Shown here piece after piece: positions 15,429 through 29,547 of a DNA stretch of 64,000 nt. The notes beneath the pieces were generated by a model. That model searched no databases and was not told the origin of the DNA. It saw only the letters and a program-made list of their open reading frames with translations. The DNA lies in contig OZ024740.1 of assembly GCA_964016885.1 (NCBI GenBank), forward strand, positions 185,256,001 to 185,320,000, in the 5' to 3' direction. A program made the translations under genes and the position numbers. Each line of letters opens with the position of its first letter. Positions within the stretch are counted from its first letter, which is position 1. This stretch comes from Eledone cirrhosa. Its lineage: Eukaryota.

Positions 15429-17639
15429 CTACATTTTAAATTTAAATTTATATTTAAAAGTTGAGTTCAATCTATGTTTGCAGCAACTGAATAAATTTGT
15501 CCGTAGATTAAGGGAATTTTTAGATTTTAGTATAAAGAATATCTCCTCCGCGCAGAGGTCACATGTCTCAGAGGATGAATTAAAAGGAATCCCTCTTGAG
15601 ACTATATTCCAAGCCGTCGAATATCTAACGTTATCATGCCTAAGTTGCCAGAGTACGCCTGATAGTGCTGTTGAAGATTTTTTGCTTGGATCTGTGAAAG
15701 AATTCTTGTGGTTATTATAGCGAAGTTTAAATTCCGTCGATGTGGAACCAACGTAGTTAAAAGAATTAAAGTCCGTTTTAACATTACAGTTGTATATTAT
15801 ATTTTTAACTAAGCAGTTGTTATTTAACGGACATTTAGATCTATCTCTACAGTTACATTTGTTAACTTGTATATTATTTATGCTATTATCGCTAGGTTTT
15901 AAGTTCCTATTATTTATTCTATTAATATTTTGTGCTAAATTTTTGGTGGATGAGTAGGTTAATTTTATAGTATGTCTATTGAAAATTGAGTGATACCTAT
16001 GTGTTCTAGGGAAGCGATTATCAAGAGCTTTAAAAAATAGTTTAGCGATGTGGGTTTTAATGTTTAGTGAGAAAGGGGGGGCAAACCATATGTTCCTAGT
16101 TCTATTTCTTTTTTGGCTTTTGGAATTATTGTAATGCTTTCTATTATAGTTGTTAAGGTTGTGGCCGTAATTAAAATAGTTGTTATTTTGTTTAGTTTGT
16201 CTATCATTATCTATGTACATAATTTTATCACTATATCCTGCTCTAGCTAACGCTTCATTGTAGTACTGGGCTTTTTCGTCGAAAATCTTTCTATTAGACG
16301 AGATTCTAGAGATACGTTTTTGAACAGAGTTTACTATAGTATTTTTAACAGATCTGGGGTGGTTAGAGTTAAAGCTGACATAGTTTAAGTTTTCATTCAA
16401 CTTGTGAAATGGATAGTGAAGACATGTGTTGAGATTTAATGTTATATCTAGGAAATTGACTATTCTATGGTTATTCTCAATTTCTATTTTTAGATTAAAG
16501 TAATTAAAAAATTGTGTAATTTGTTTTCTTTTTTTATTTAGTTCAGAGTTATTATTATCAATAAGTAAAAGCATGTCATCTCTATATAAACCTCCGGTAG
16601 TACCAGGTATTTTCCTATGCAGCGAATTGATTAAAAATAAGCCCACAAGTTCAGTTACCTGAGCTGAGTCGGATGATCCCATAGTAATGTCAACATTGCT
16701 ATCTCTATCTGCTCTGGTCCATAGTTGGTCATTAAATTCTATCAATGTTTTCCTAGCCGATAATATAATGTGCATTTCATTGCTAGTTAGGTCTGTATGT
16801 TTGAATGCGTAATTTAGTGCCTTATTTAGTAGATTAGGGGTAATAGAAGAATAATAGTTAGCAATATCAAGTTGAATAAACTTATTATTATTGTTATATT
16901 TAATTTGCTTAAACCACTCAACAACCTCTCCAGTTCCCTTCCACAAGCTCAGGTTAGGTAAACAATCCAAGTTTTTAATTTGCTGTATCACCCTGTCAAG
17001 AATGTTTTTGCTTAATTTACCCAGGTCCGATTTTGATGGTGCGATCAATCTGACTGGCAAGTCATTTTCAAAATTCCTTTTGTGATCTTTCATATTGATC
17101 TTCGGTTTCCTGGGCACGAAAGGTTGTGTTCTGCTCTCAATTTCCAACTCGTGCATTATACAAGATGCTTCAACATTCATTTTCTCAAGCTCGGTCTTAT
17201 CTGCTACCTTGTACTTTTTCCTCAGTTCTTTCAGTATGAGGCCACTATACATGTCTTTCTGCACTCCATAGAGGTTGTTGGTCTTGTCAGATTTCACCAA
17301 GATCTTCTCAGTTTTCTCTAAGCTCTCAATATTATCCTTAATGCCTTTCAGATATTCCTGGCCTTTGAAGTTTCTCTTGAATTTGACTCCTTGTATGATA
17401 GAAATTATATCGTTTTCAAAGTCGGATAAAAGTTTGTTAGGGGGTGGATTTCTTTTAGATTTGAAAACTTTGTTTAAGTCCGAGACATTTTCATTTATAT
17501 TAGATTTATCAAAGTGGAATGCTCGCCACCTGATTCCCCTTATAAAGGAGTCAGATTTATCTATTAATTGTTTTATAAAGTCTTTGTTTCTAGGTAGAGG
17601 TATGTCTTTTAAAGAGGAAGTAATCTTAAAGAATTCCAT
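15429..17639 (-). CDS. Penelope-like reverse transcriptase / GIY-YIG endonuclease, 736 aa
   Basis: FIQLDIANYYSSI, DITMGSSDSAQ, GLYRDD, VNFLDITL, SNHP; then CNC..CPL..CL..IIY, YVGST..FKLRYNNH, CDLC..E, CKHR. No stops. Confidence 0.93.
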   Translation of the reverse strand: MEFFKITSSLKDIPLPRNKDFIKQLIDKSDSFIRGIRWRAFHFDKSNINENVSDLNKVFKSKRNPPPNKLLSDFENDIISIIQGVKFKRNFKGQEYLKGIKDNIESLEKTEKILVKSDKTNNLYGVQKDMYSGLILKELRKKYKVADKTELEKMNVEASCIMHELEIESRTQPFVPRKPKINMKDHKRNFENDLPVRLIAPSKSDLGKLSKNILDRVIQQIKNLDCLPNLSLWKGTGEVVEWFKQIKYNNNNKFIQLDIANYYSSITPNLLNKALNYAFKHTDLTSNEMHIILSARKTLIEFNDQLWTRADRDSNVDITMGSSDSAQVTELVGLFLINSLHRKIPGTTGGLYRDDMLLLIDNNNSELNKKRKQITQFFNYFNLKIEIENNHRIVNFLDITLNLNTCLHYPFHKLNENLNYVSFNSNHPRSVKNTIVNSVQKRISRISSNRKIFDEKAQYYNEALARAGYSDKIMYIDNDRQTKQNNNYFNYGHNLNNYNRKHYNNSKSQKRNRTRNIWFAPPFSLNIKTHIAKLFFKALDNRFPRTHRYHSIFNRHTIKLTYSSTKNLAQNINRINNRNLKPSDNSINNIQVNKCNCRDRSKCPLNNNCLVKNIIYNCNVKTDFNSFNYVGSTSTEFKLRYNNHKNSFTDPSKKSSTALSGVLWQLRHDNVRYSTAWNIVSRGIPFNSSSETCDLCAEEIFFILKSKNSLNLRTNLFSCCKHRLNSTFKYKFKFKM

Positions 17640-17817
17640 TTTTTTCAGTTATAATATAAAGCGCTCAACAGTATGGAGCAAGATACATGGAAAGTTATAT
17701 TTAAATTGTTGGATTACAAAGAGTAAATATTTATAACTGATATAAAAGCACTCAACAAGTATTTGGAGTATATTTACGGTATTAAATAAATGGAAACTAT
17801 ATTTATAAAACCATATT

Positions 17818-17883
17818 TATTTCATTATATATATTTCAGGGATATCATATTAACAATATGTTATGCCTTCTTCAGACAAAATA
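17818..17883 (-). ncRNA. Minimal hammerhead of PLE1 (sense copy)
   Basis: UAUUUUGU-CUGAAGA-AGG..CCU-GAAA-UAUAUA-UA-AUGAAAUA; palindromic stem III. Confidence 0.8.
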
Positions 17884-18018
17884 CAATATAGACAGTTTTA
17901 TAAATAAATAGATTTGACATACCTTTCAACATCGACTTGCATTTGAAAAGTTGAGTTGGCAGTGAAAATTGTAAACAGAAAGAAAGAAATCTATTTATTT
18001 ATAAAACTGTCTATATTG

Positions 18019-18084
18019 TATTTTGTCTGAAGAAGGCATAACATATTGTTAATATGATATCCCTGAAATATATATAATGAAATA
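18019..18084 (+). ncRNA. Minimal hammerhead of PLE1 (inverted arm)
   Basis: Same sequence as 17818-17883 on the opposite strand. Confidence 0.8.
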
Positions 18085-18125
18085 AATATGGTTTTATAAA
18101 TATAGTTTCCATTTATTTAATATCG

Positions 18126-18170
<45 letters not shown>

Positions 18171-18172
<2 letters not shown>

Positions 18173-18252
18173 CGGAGGAAATGTGGTAAGGAACCAGGTG
18201 TTCCATAACGCACCAAAGTACTCAATACTTGAGGTAGTAGAGTGGGTAATAT
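18171..18252 (-). mobile_element. Short solo fragment, family D
   Basis: Reverse complement of 45706-45785; contains the ACUC-UACU..AGUA-UU-GAGU hairpin; TA flanks. Confidence 0.7.
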
Positions 18253-18257
18253 TATAT

Positions 18258-18366
<109 letters not shown>

Positions 18367-18376
18367 TATATATATA

Positions 18377-18639
18377 TTGTTATACTTTGGGAGGGTCATG
18401 TTGCCAATAAGAAACACACGCACCAGTTGCTTTCACTTCAATTTAATTTAATATATATTTATAAATTTACAAATTTATAAATTTCTGGTTGGTTGGTTCC
18501 ACAACCAGATAGTTGTTTATATATATATAGTCATAGTTCTTTCGTCACACACTCTGTGACCTCTTCAGTGACTGGGGATTTCTTTCTTCGTTTCTGTGCC
18601 TTTCCTTTCTTCTATCCTACGCCATTTGAAAATGGCGTA
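18377..18639 (-). mobile_element. Family B copy
   Basis: Homology to 14631-14915; short terminal fold-back tacgccattt/aaatggcgta. Confidence 0.78.
18529..18573 (-). ncRNA. Minimal hammerhead (family B)
   Basis: AGUCA-CUGAAGA-G-GUCACA(GAGUG)UGUGAC-GAAA-GAAC-UA-UGACU. Confidence 0.78.
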
Positions 18640-19325
<686 letters not shown>

Positions 19326-20572
19326 AATTATTTATACAATAACAGAGATAGTTTAAAGCTAATCTCTGACTGGTAACCATCTCAATCAACAAACATTATG
19401 TTATATTTTAATATAAACCCAATTTAAGTGTTTGGGTTGCTAACAATATGTATTATGTGGAAAAGCCAGTTGTATTATTTTAGGAGATATAATTAAAGTT
19501 AAAATATATCTCTCTTTCCAAACAATTGTTTCATTATAAATTTTCTACAAATTCGGAGAATATTTCCAGTTCATGTAGAAGCCTAATATACATTCATGTA
19601 AGAATATATATAGGTGGGCGCTTATAAATCATCAGTGGAAGCCCATTAAACTCTGATTTAAGAAAACCATTTCTTACCAGAGTTAAAAATCGTGTCTGTT
19701 AAGTTGCTCCTTCCCGCATCGAATGACCGGCAGATTTGAAATTCCTGCAGTTTTTGACTGAGGAAGTATCATAGCGTCAATAAGCGGGAAGGGGAGACAA
19801 CTACGATCCACGAAAGGAGGAAAAAAAATAATAATATACACGCGGGTTAATCAGTTTTTTCGAAAACATTATCAATCCAACGTGTTAAGAACTCAATTGA
19901 AATTAAAAAAATAAATATATGCTTGTATAAATTACATACGCATATAGATATTTTCTTAGGCTAAAATCAGAGGTTGTACCTGAATAAGAAACCGCATCCC
20001 GTAACCGTAGTAAATACGGAAAGTTATGCTTTAAAGGGCAAATGGGAATGTAAATCTCCGGCCGAATTAAGAGTAAAATATAAAACACACGCTGGTTAAT
20101 TAGTTATTTCAAAACCAATATCAATTCCTCGTGTAAAGAACTCAATTAATTTTAAAAAATAAATGTATGCATGTAATTATATACATAGGCATATATATAT
20201 TTTCTTAGGCTAAAAAACAGAGAAGTCACACCCAATATAAACCACAATATCGCACAACAATAATGAATACGGATAGTCAAATTTATAAGGTACCTGGAAA
20301 TAAACACCTCTGGCCAATCAAGAGTAAAATATTAATAAAATAACAGAGATAGTTTAAAGCTAATCTCTGACTGGTAACCATCTCACTCAACAAACACTAG
20401 GTTATATTTTAATATAAACCCAATTTAAGTGTTTGGGGTGCTAACAATATGTATTATGTGGAAAAGCCAGTTGTATTATTTTACGAGATATAATTAAAGT
20501 TAAAATATATCTCTCTTTCCAAACAATTGTTTCATTATAAGTTTTCTACAAATTCGGAGAATATTTCCAGTT
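19326..20572 (-). mobile_element. Non-coding element, family E: ~235-bp terminal direct repeats, 1001-bp period
   Basis: 19338-19571 recurs at 20339-20572. GAAA-CAAUUG-UU hammerhead 3' half on the minus strand. Internal diverged ~250-bp duplication; TA flanks. Confidence 0.7.
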
Positions 20573-20588
20573 TATATATATATATATT

Positions 20589-20670
<82 letters not shown>

Positions 20671-20672
20671 TT

Positions 20673-20707
<35 letters not shown>

Positions 20708-20716
20708 ATATAGATT

Positions 20717-20811
<95 letters not shown>

Positions 20812-20828
20812 TTATATTTATATATATT

Positions 20829-20859
<31 letters not shown>

Positions 20860-20892
20860 ATATTTATATATATATTTATATATATATATATT

Positions 20893-20989
<97 letters not shown>

Positions 20990-21018
20990 ATTATGTAATA
21001 AACAACATAAGTCAATTA

Positions 21019-21078
21019 TTTCATTTACCAGTGGTTTCTTAAAAGCAAAAGGTTTTGCTTTCAATCCTCAGAATGAAA
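21019..21078 (-). ncRNA. Type I hammerhead (family F, inverted arm)
   Basis: UUUCAUU-CUGAGGA-UUGAAAGCAAAA(CC)UUUUGCUUUUAA-GAAA-CCACUGG-UA-AAUGAAA. Confidence 0.87.
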
Positions 21079-21377
21079 AATTCTGGTTTGTTTATTGAAT
21101 ATGGATTCTAAAAACAAAAAGGCAATCTATATGAAAGTGAAGCTGGAAAAGGGAGAAGGAAAGGAAAAATAAAATAAAACTACACATGCAAACACACACA
21201 CAAAAAAAAACAAAAAAAAAACGCAAAAGCATACTTACACACACATACATATATACACATATATAAATGTACGCATACACATATACATATACACATATAT
21301 ATGTATATATATATATAAAGAGCGTACACCTACACACACATACACATATATACACACATACACATACATACATTCAT

Positions 21378-21414
<37 letters not shown>

Positions 21415-21450
21415 CACACACACACACATACACACCCACATATATATACA

Positions 21451-21502
<52 letters not shown>

Positions 21503-21783
21503 TATACACACACACACACACATGTGTGTGTACAAGCATACACATACACACACACATATATATACACACATACATACATTCACACAAACATACAACGTAC
21601 ATACATACACATACATAAATGCACTCCACTACATATTCACACACGCAAATAAATATAAGAAAAAAATATATAAATATATATTAACAAATTTTTGACAGCG
21701 ATACATGCTCCAGCTAACAGCACAGACACGCGTGGTAAGTAATACACATCTTAGAATCCATATTCAATAAACAAACCAGGATT

Positions 21784-21843
21784 TTTCATTCTGAGGATTG
21801 AAAGCAAAACCTTTTGCTTTTAAGAAACCACTGGTAAATGGAA
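21784..21843 (+). ncRNA. Type I hammerhead (family F)
   Basis: Same fold as 21019-21078 with a U-G wobble in stem I. Confidence 0.87.
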
Positions 21844-21980
21844 TAATTGCCTTATGTTGTTTATTACATAATAATAATAATTAAGCTCTGTTGCATACAT
21901 AGAGCACTCTTTTTTCCTGGACTTTTCCGATGGAATTACTTCATTTATATATATATATATTTATATATATTTATATATAT

Positions 21981-22039
21981 TTAAATGTAAGTATGTATGT
22001 ATACGTACATACATATATGTATACAGACGTACAGTAGCA

Positions 22040-22099
<60 letters not shown>

Positions 22100-22190
22100 A
22101 ATATACACACATATACATACAGGTACACATACATATATACACGTATCAGTTTAGCGTGAGAAATGAAATTTCGTTTTCATTTTATTACAA
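21981..22190 (-). mobile_element. Short fragment of retrozyme R2 with inverted end
   Basis: ttaaatgtaagtatgtatg..atacagacgtacagtag matches 33883-33940; ends in inverted gaaatgaaatttcgttttcatt. Confidence 0.6.
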
Positions 22191-22202
22191 CTTATATATA
22201 TT

Positions 22203-22310
<108 letters not shown>

Positions 22311-22326
22311 AATATATATATATATT

Positions 22327-22436
<110 letters not shown>

Positions 22437-22641
22437 TATATTGTATTTTGTCTGAAGAAGGCATAACATATTGTTAATATGATATCCCTGAAATATATAT
22501 AATGAAATAAATATGGTTTTATAAATATAGTTTCCATTTATTTAATATCATAAATATACTCCAAATACTTGTTGAGTGCTTTTATATCAGTTATAAATAT
22601 TTACTCGTTGTTAACCCAACAATTTAAATATAACTTTCCAT
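22437..22641 (+). mobile_element. Solo PLE1 terminal repeat containing a hammerhead (22444-22509)
   Basis: Near-identical to the reverse complement of 17686-17890; TA on both sides. Confidence 0.9.
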
Positions 22642-22648
22642 ATATATT

Positions 22649-22747
<99 letters not shown>

Positions 22748-22850
22748 ATATATACTTATATATATATATATTTATATATATATATATTTTTATATATATA
22801 TATATTTATATATATATATATTTTTATATATATATATTTATATATATATA

Positions 22851-22964
<114 letters not shown>

Positions 22965-23696
22965 TTGCTCTAAAACTCTACAAAATCAATAAAAAACGAC
23001 ATATTAAACATACTTGTATATATTTTATGTAAGATGAAAAATGAAACATTGTTGCTATACCTATTTGTTATAAATATGTCGGTGTTGATATTTACCTAAG
23101 TCATGGTATGCCAATATATAAGCTCTGTTATTAGTGATCATACAATGGCAGCCTCGTCATTGTCCTAGTGTTCGTTAAGGAAGATAGATCTACAAAGAAA
23201 ATAACGAGGCTTTTTACATACTCGAACATCTCACCAATTTGAAATAGTGACCGAAAAAGAAGTGTATAGAACTACACTATGATATGACAGATCACAGAAA
23301 CAAAATGATAAAGGCCAATAGAAGTAGTAGTGTTTTCATTATCATTAGTGATGTTAGTGGATAAAGTTTGGAGACACTGGTGTTTTTGTGATCTTTGAAA
23401 TATAGCATTTTTTTAAAACAGGCTTAAACCTAATCTGAAACCTGAAAAGAATAAAAGACAATTTTAATCTCGGTGGGTATTGAACTCAGAACTCAGAGAG
23501 CCGCAGCAAATACTGCAATACATTCTATCCGACGTTCTAACGGCTTTGTCTTTTTGCCGTCTCATATATATATATATACACACACACATGCTGAAGCATT
23601 CACACTTACATGTGTGCGTAATGTTAGATAGGTATGTAAATCAAGTCTCTCTCCCTCTCCGCCTTGATTTACGCATGTATCTAAAATTACACACAC

Positions 23697-23797
<101 letters not shown>

Positions 23798-25436
23798 CTA
23801 AGACTACCAGATAGTAGATTTGTCTGCTACGTGATGTAAGGACGAAGAATTGTAATGTACTACAGATAACTTCTGGTGCAGCTTATGCTGTACAGTTTCA
23901 ACACGTTAAAAAGCAATTACACACAAACTTTCACTTGAGTGATGCTTCTATCCGCCTGTGAGTTATTGGCATCAATATGTATAAATATAATACTATACTC
24001 TACACTGAAGTCTCTCTCCCTTTCTCATTCTCTCTCTCTCACCCTCTCTCTCTCCCACTCTCTCCCACTCTCTCCCCCTCTCTCCCCTCTATATATCCCC
24101 CTCCGCTATCTCTCTCTCTCACCCCTCTCTCTTACGCGTAAAGCACTATATAGTATACTGATATATATTTGTTTCTATGAGAGAAATTGAGCTGCGTGTG
24201 TGTGCGTCTCCGTCTATATGCCGGTGTATGTGCGTGTGCATGTATATTTCTGTGTGCATGTGTAAACATACTGCCTCAAAAGCTGACATATGTATCATCA
24301 TTTTAACGCCCATCCGTCCATGAGATCATGATTGATGTATGAATCTGGTCACTTTTGGCACTTCTTCAAATGCATATACTACGACAGCGAAAGAGAAGGA
24401 TAAATATGCCTTAGCTAATATTTTTGTATGCTGAACCACGTATTTTCGGAACGGGGACATTTGTAGAACTACATTAATCTATATGCCAAACCTTATATGT
24501 AGAAATACATTTTACATAGCATCCACACTCACACACCCTATATCATTCCCACCACCACTAACAATGCCAACATTAATAGCAATGATATCACCATCCTCCC
24601 CAGTATCAGCAATAATATTATCATCATCATTTTCGCAAACGCTATCATGCTTTTTGCTGTAATTCTTGCTAGACGTAAATTTAATGATGCAATTTTTATC
24701 TGGTGAACGATATACTAGAGTGGTGATATCCCACTGGAAATTAACATTCAGAAACATAGAATCTGATATTTGTTATGAAATTTGGAGTTGTGACCGTGTT
24801 CTCTTTTGCAAAGGTCAGTATTTTTTAAGAGAATTTATTAATTAAAATATATGTAGACCCAGGCAACGAGGGTTGGATAATATCTATGAGCTTGTTTGGT
24901 CTCGCCTGGGGATCTAGTCAGATCAATTGGAGAAGGTTTTTTCTCACAGGACCCACTGGAAGGAGTGTTTTAGGACACTTCCCCACGACCCTCTCATAAA
25001 TAAGTGAGTGAAGAAGAATCAGATATGATTATTTTGCCGGTAGCTCTGAATTTTCTAAACACCGTCTCCTATTCACAAACACACATGACGTTGGACTTCC
25101 ATCGATCCGATGAAGAGTTTTCCAGTTGTTCGATCAGCGTAACAGCCTGTTCACGAAAATAATATGCAAGTGATTGATCATTCTATACACATGTGAACCT
25201 GTAACGTATGTCTCACGGCAGGACTTGAATTACAGCTATTCTTTACGACGTGGTTCTTAATTTCCGTCTACCCAATTCCACTCTCAATGATCTGTGTCTA
25301 ACGTCAATGACACTTGCCTAAAATATCAGGCCCTTAATCAAGTCCGAACAAGGGACTTTATGATTGCGGATGGAAAACCTTAACGGTTCGGCTTGCGACA
25401 TCCATAACAGAGGCACGCACGTAAATACATACCACC

Positions 25437-25480
<44 letters not shown>

Positions 25481-26039
25481 TACTACTACTATTACTGGTC
25501 AATGAATCAGCCGTCGTTTGGTGGACATTTGACCATTTAAAAATAAGTCACATCCCACTCTAAAGTTGAAATTCAATAACGCATGGCATATAAACATATC
25601 AAACAATAACAGGAGATAATTTGCAAGAGTGTAAGAACATATAATTACAAATGTGCAGTATGTTGAAATTTAAACTACTTTCTATTACATACTCTGTTAA
25701 GGCTTCAGAAATGTTTCACCTTTGAAATGGTAAAGTTGAATATTTAATACCCCACTACGTCTTATAATTATCCCTGTGACCTGAATCGGCTTCTTGATAG
25801 CTTGAAATAGCAGCCACAATCTTTTCAACAGTAAAAGGCTCTACTAAAATACTATTTAGGAGCATATGTATATCACTAAACTATATGAAGATATCATGTC
25901 TGGGAAAATTACGAACACGCACTATATCGCCTGTAAAGGAAGCTTAAAGAAAGATTCAAATAGGAATGGCATATACATATAAAACATATCAAACACTAAC
26001 AGGAGATACTTTGCAAAGAACATATAATGGCGCGTGTAT

Positions 26040-26226
26040 ATAATTTTGTCAGACACATTTTCCCTGCCACGCTTGAATTCAGTGACCCAGCGTTTGAACG
26101 TGGCATATGACAAGACTTCTTCTCCATTATGTATCTTGCATGTACTTATGGATCTCAGCTGGAGCCATGCGTTTCAAAAGAAGATACTTCATCTCTGCTC
26201 GATATTCGAGTTTCACAATTTTCCAT
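26040..26226 (-). pseudogene. Mariner/Tc1 transposase N-terminal (HTH) remnant
   Basis: SYATFKRWVTEFKRGRENVSD preceded by decayed LKRMAPAEIHKYMQDT; resembles mariner SYxTVKRWxxEFKRGR. Confidence 0.72.
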
Positions 26227-27064
26227 AAATCGCCTGAGTACCACAACTTTAAGAATCTGCGAAAGGAAAGGAAAAATTGTTGAAACCATGAAAACAGGTT
26301 AGCACTGTAGGACTATGCTGCAGACTCCAGAGACAAAATTGCATTTGAATAACTATTTTTTTCCTGTTTCAATGCGTATAAATGTCCATGACCCCCAGAA
26401 GACAACCGATGAAAGGGAAATTACCTATTATTTATAAATACACTTTATTTCCTATTATTTATAAATACACTTTATCCGGCAACAACACAGCCCCTGTACC
26501 TTCACACATCTTTATTATATATAATGAATGTTAAATCAATAATTATAAATGTAAATCAAGTAATATAGCTTGTATAAAGTTTGTGTTAACGTATTAAGTT
26601 TGATAGTAGAGATCTTGGCAAAGTTGTTTCACATTCTTATCAAAATTTGTATTTTCAGTCTGTTGGCAATGGGCCAGTTGTATTCTATCTGTCTTTATCT
26701 CAATATCGGTAAAGTTACGATCAAACGTCTAAATATCTAAACAAATGCATCGAAAAGTAAATATACTCAATTTAAGAAAATATTTCAGGCTATCTGTCGC
26801 TAGAAGCATTCTGACATCAATAACAGTGATTGGTCGAGGAATGAATTATAAGTATAAAATAAACATTCCAAAACTTCTGTAAGGTGTAGAAGCAGCACAT
26901 AAGATATAATAATTAGTTATCTGTCAGAGAAAAAAAAATAACACATGGTAATATGATTACTGCAAATAGCCCTAAGGAAGTTTTGAATTTCTGGTGGTAG
27001 GCATCTTAAATATATAATTGGAATTATTGTAAGGGATGATTAGGTAAATCGCTTCGAGTTATCC

Positions 27065-27103
<39 letters not shown>

Positions 27104-29506
27104 TGTTTGTTTTTTCATAAATGCTCAGATTTCCGATATAATTATATCTGCTTAAGAGCAAATCGTTATGGAAATATATATATAACTATAAAAATAATTT
27201 CATAAAATTGGAAGCATACATGAAATCCTAGAGAGCGTGAAATCATCGTATCTGCTAAGTATATAAGAGAGCTACATAATTAGATTAAATGCAATTGGAC
27301 CGTTAAGGATCATTTGATTAGAGAATGATATGCAAATTGGTTGGAAATATTTATCTGTATGAAGACGTAGAAACCGGGGAAGTAGGTGAGTCGAAATAGA
27401 ATTGCACGAAAATCCCATGAGGTTTCCTTTAAAATTCTTGTCGTTTTTGTGTTCTAGGTCTCCTAAGGAAGATTTTCACTCTAAGTATTTCGGATGTCAA
27501 TACGAGTCCTACAATGGAAATACATTGTTTTCTTATATCTACCAAAATGCTTGACAATGTGCCAGTGTAAGACCGCAATAAAGACAATAAGAGGAAACGT
27601 TATATTACCGTACAAAAGTTCTTGAATTCTATTACATGTTTCACATTCTGAGAGCAAACCTCACCGTTTTCCATTTAATTTCCTTCTCTTCATAGGAAGT
27701 AGGGTAATACGCTATCAACCATTGATATACCTGTTGTCTATCACAATGGTTATTCTTCACATTTATAATTGTTACGAATCGTGTACATGAACGAAATAAA
27801 AATTACGATTGAGAAAAAGAAAATTAAAGGATCTGAGATAAAATCCCAAGTAATTATATGACGTTTCTTTACGTTTTCAAGGTGTGGATAAAATGAATAC
27901 AGTGGCCATATATTTTGGTCGGAGTGTTGATGATATTAGATGGCTAAAAAGGGGGATGTCAACTTTGTCTAGCAACGTTTCCATCACAAGTCTTTGCCTC
28001 GTAGTGAAATCGTAGTGAAATCGATTCCGAAGACGATATTAATATTTGTTGAAAATACATGGTTTAAAAACAATACATTTTCCTTGTTGTTTAATCTCAC
28101 ATATTTTCCTAACAGGTAGACCTATGACAACACTGTTGCATACAGATTTTGCAATTTTAACTATTTTTTAAAGTAGTGGGTTGTGATTTGCGTGGGATTT
28201 ACCGACTATGTTGTGCCTGTGAAGCAAAGTGGTAGAATTTCCACCCAACATTCCTTGTCTACTAAGTATTGTCACAATATGTCGAGTAGCATTTCTGACC
28301 GCATTGAAAAGTCTCGAGAAGGATGGTTTAACAATGCCAAGATTTTACTTGATATCTAATATATGTAATTATGTAATATAGTTAAAGTAACACGAAATGC
28401 ATCCCAATATACCACAGAGTGAACAGAAAACCAATGAAATACTTCACCTTATGTACTATATCGAGAAAAATCAGCTTATAGGCATCAATTTCCCTCAACC
28501 AATCTATATTAAGTTTCAAGTCATAGCTTGGTGATAGCACTCGAAATAAATCCTTCAAATTACATAAGACGAATAACCTCTTAAGTAAACAGTAAACAAT
28601 AAGCTGGAGTGATCCGTCAATTTCTCAAATTATTGGCTGTTCAACTGTATTGTCTTCAATGCAGAATAGAACACACTTTTATCGAGGGTTGAAAGAAGAT
28701 AACTATTTCCAGCTATTCGATATTTGCACACTAATGTATTGGCACGATGCAAAACAGTTAAATGAAAACGTATAGTCGTTTGACTCGTAACCACTATACA
28801 GATGTTACTTATTCTATCGGACCCAACAGGATAAAAAAGCAGCATCATTCCTGATGTGAGACGAACTCATAAGTAAATATTTCTATAGATTTATTGGCTG
28901 ATATCTATCAATTCTGACATCCTCCTCTCGAACAGAAAACAAATGAATATTTGTATAGATATACAGGCTCTGCGGGGATAAATGGGTATGTATGTCTTAT
29001 GTATGTATATTTGTATTTATGTATGGATGATTGTATAGATATATGCTTGTTTTTATATATATTTTATATTTATTTTTATATGTTGGAATATATGTATGTG
29101 TGATTGTAAGGGCACATATACTTATACATGGACGCGTAACACACGGAAACTTTAGAAATCAATAAAATAAGCGCTGGAGTATAATCAATTTTATGCTTAC
29201 ACTGTGATTAAGTTGCGAGATGACTTTAATTTTTTTAAATTATTAATTACACTATTTTGATAAATGGATAACTCATGAAATCACTGACATAAATGTGTAT
29301 ATAAATTAGCAAATCAACATGAAGATATATGCTTGAAAGGAGATTCTATGAGGCAGATAATTATTTGCAATTAAATGTGTGCATGAGTATGAATGCCTTA
29401 ACAAAATATAATAACTATTATACCGACAAAAATGTTACTATACAAATATAAATTTAAAAGAAATAGTTAATTGAAGGATTTACTGCAGCTACGAAGGGGG
29501 TTATGT

Positions 29507-29547
<41 letters not shown>

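Larger units (their letters stand above)
15222..18127 (-). mobile_element. Penelope-like element PLE1 (Naiad-like) with inverted 5' terminal repeat; 3' repeat missing
   Basis: Intact RT-GIY-YIG ORF; inverted arms ~17775-17915 and ~17987-18127, each with a hammerhead; TA flank at the 5' end. Confidence 0.9.
20984..21945 (+). mobile_element. PLE-type fragment, family F, with ~128-bp inverted arms around a (CA)-rich spacer
   Basis: 20984-21111 is the reverse complement of 21751-21880; hammerheads in both arms; GCUC..UA-GAGC hairpin at 21885-21905. Confidence 0.78.

Noticed and set aside
15478-17736. Plus-strand ORFs overlapping PLE1 (likewise 49121-50440 for PLE2 and the antisense LINE ORFs)
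   Set aside because: Antisense shadows of the RT ORFs.
19722-19775. SECIS-like AUGA..AAAA hairpin on the minus strand in family E
   Set aside because: The 3' GA of the quartet is missing (UCAA) and there is no associated UGA-containing ORF.
24850-24890. Helitron-like 3' hairpin acccaggcaacgagggt
   Set aside because: CTAG terminus is not intact and no matching 5' end was found.
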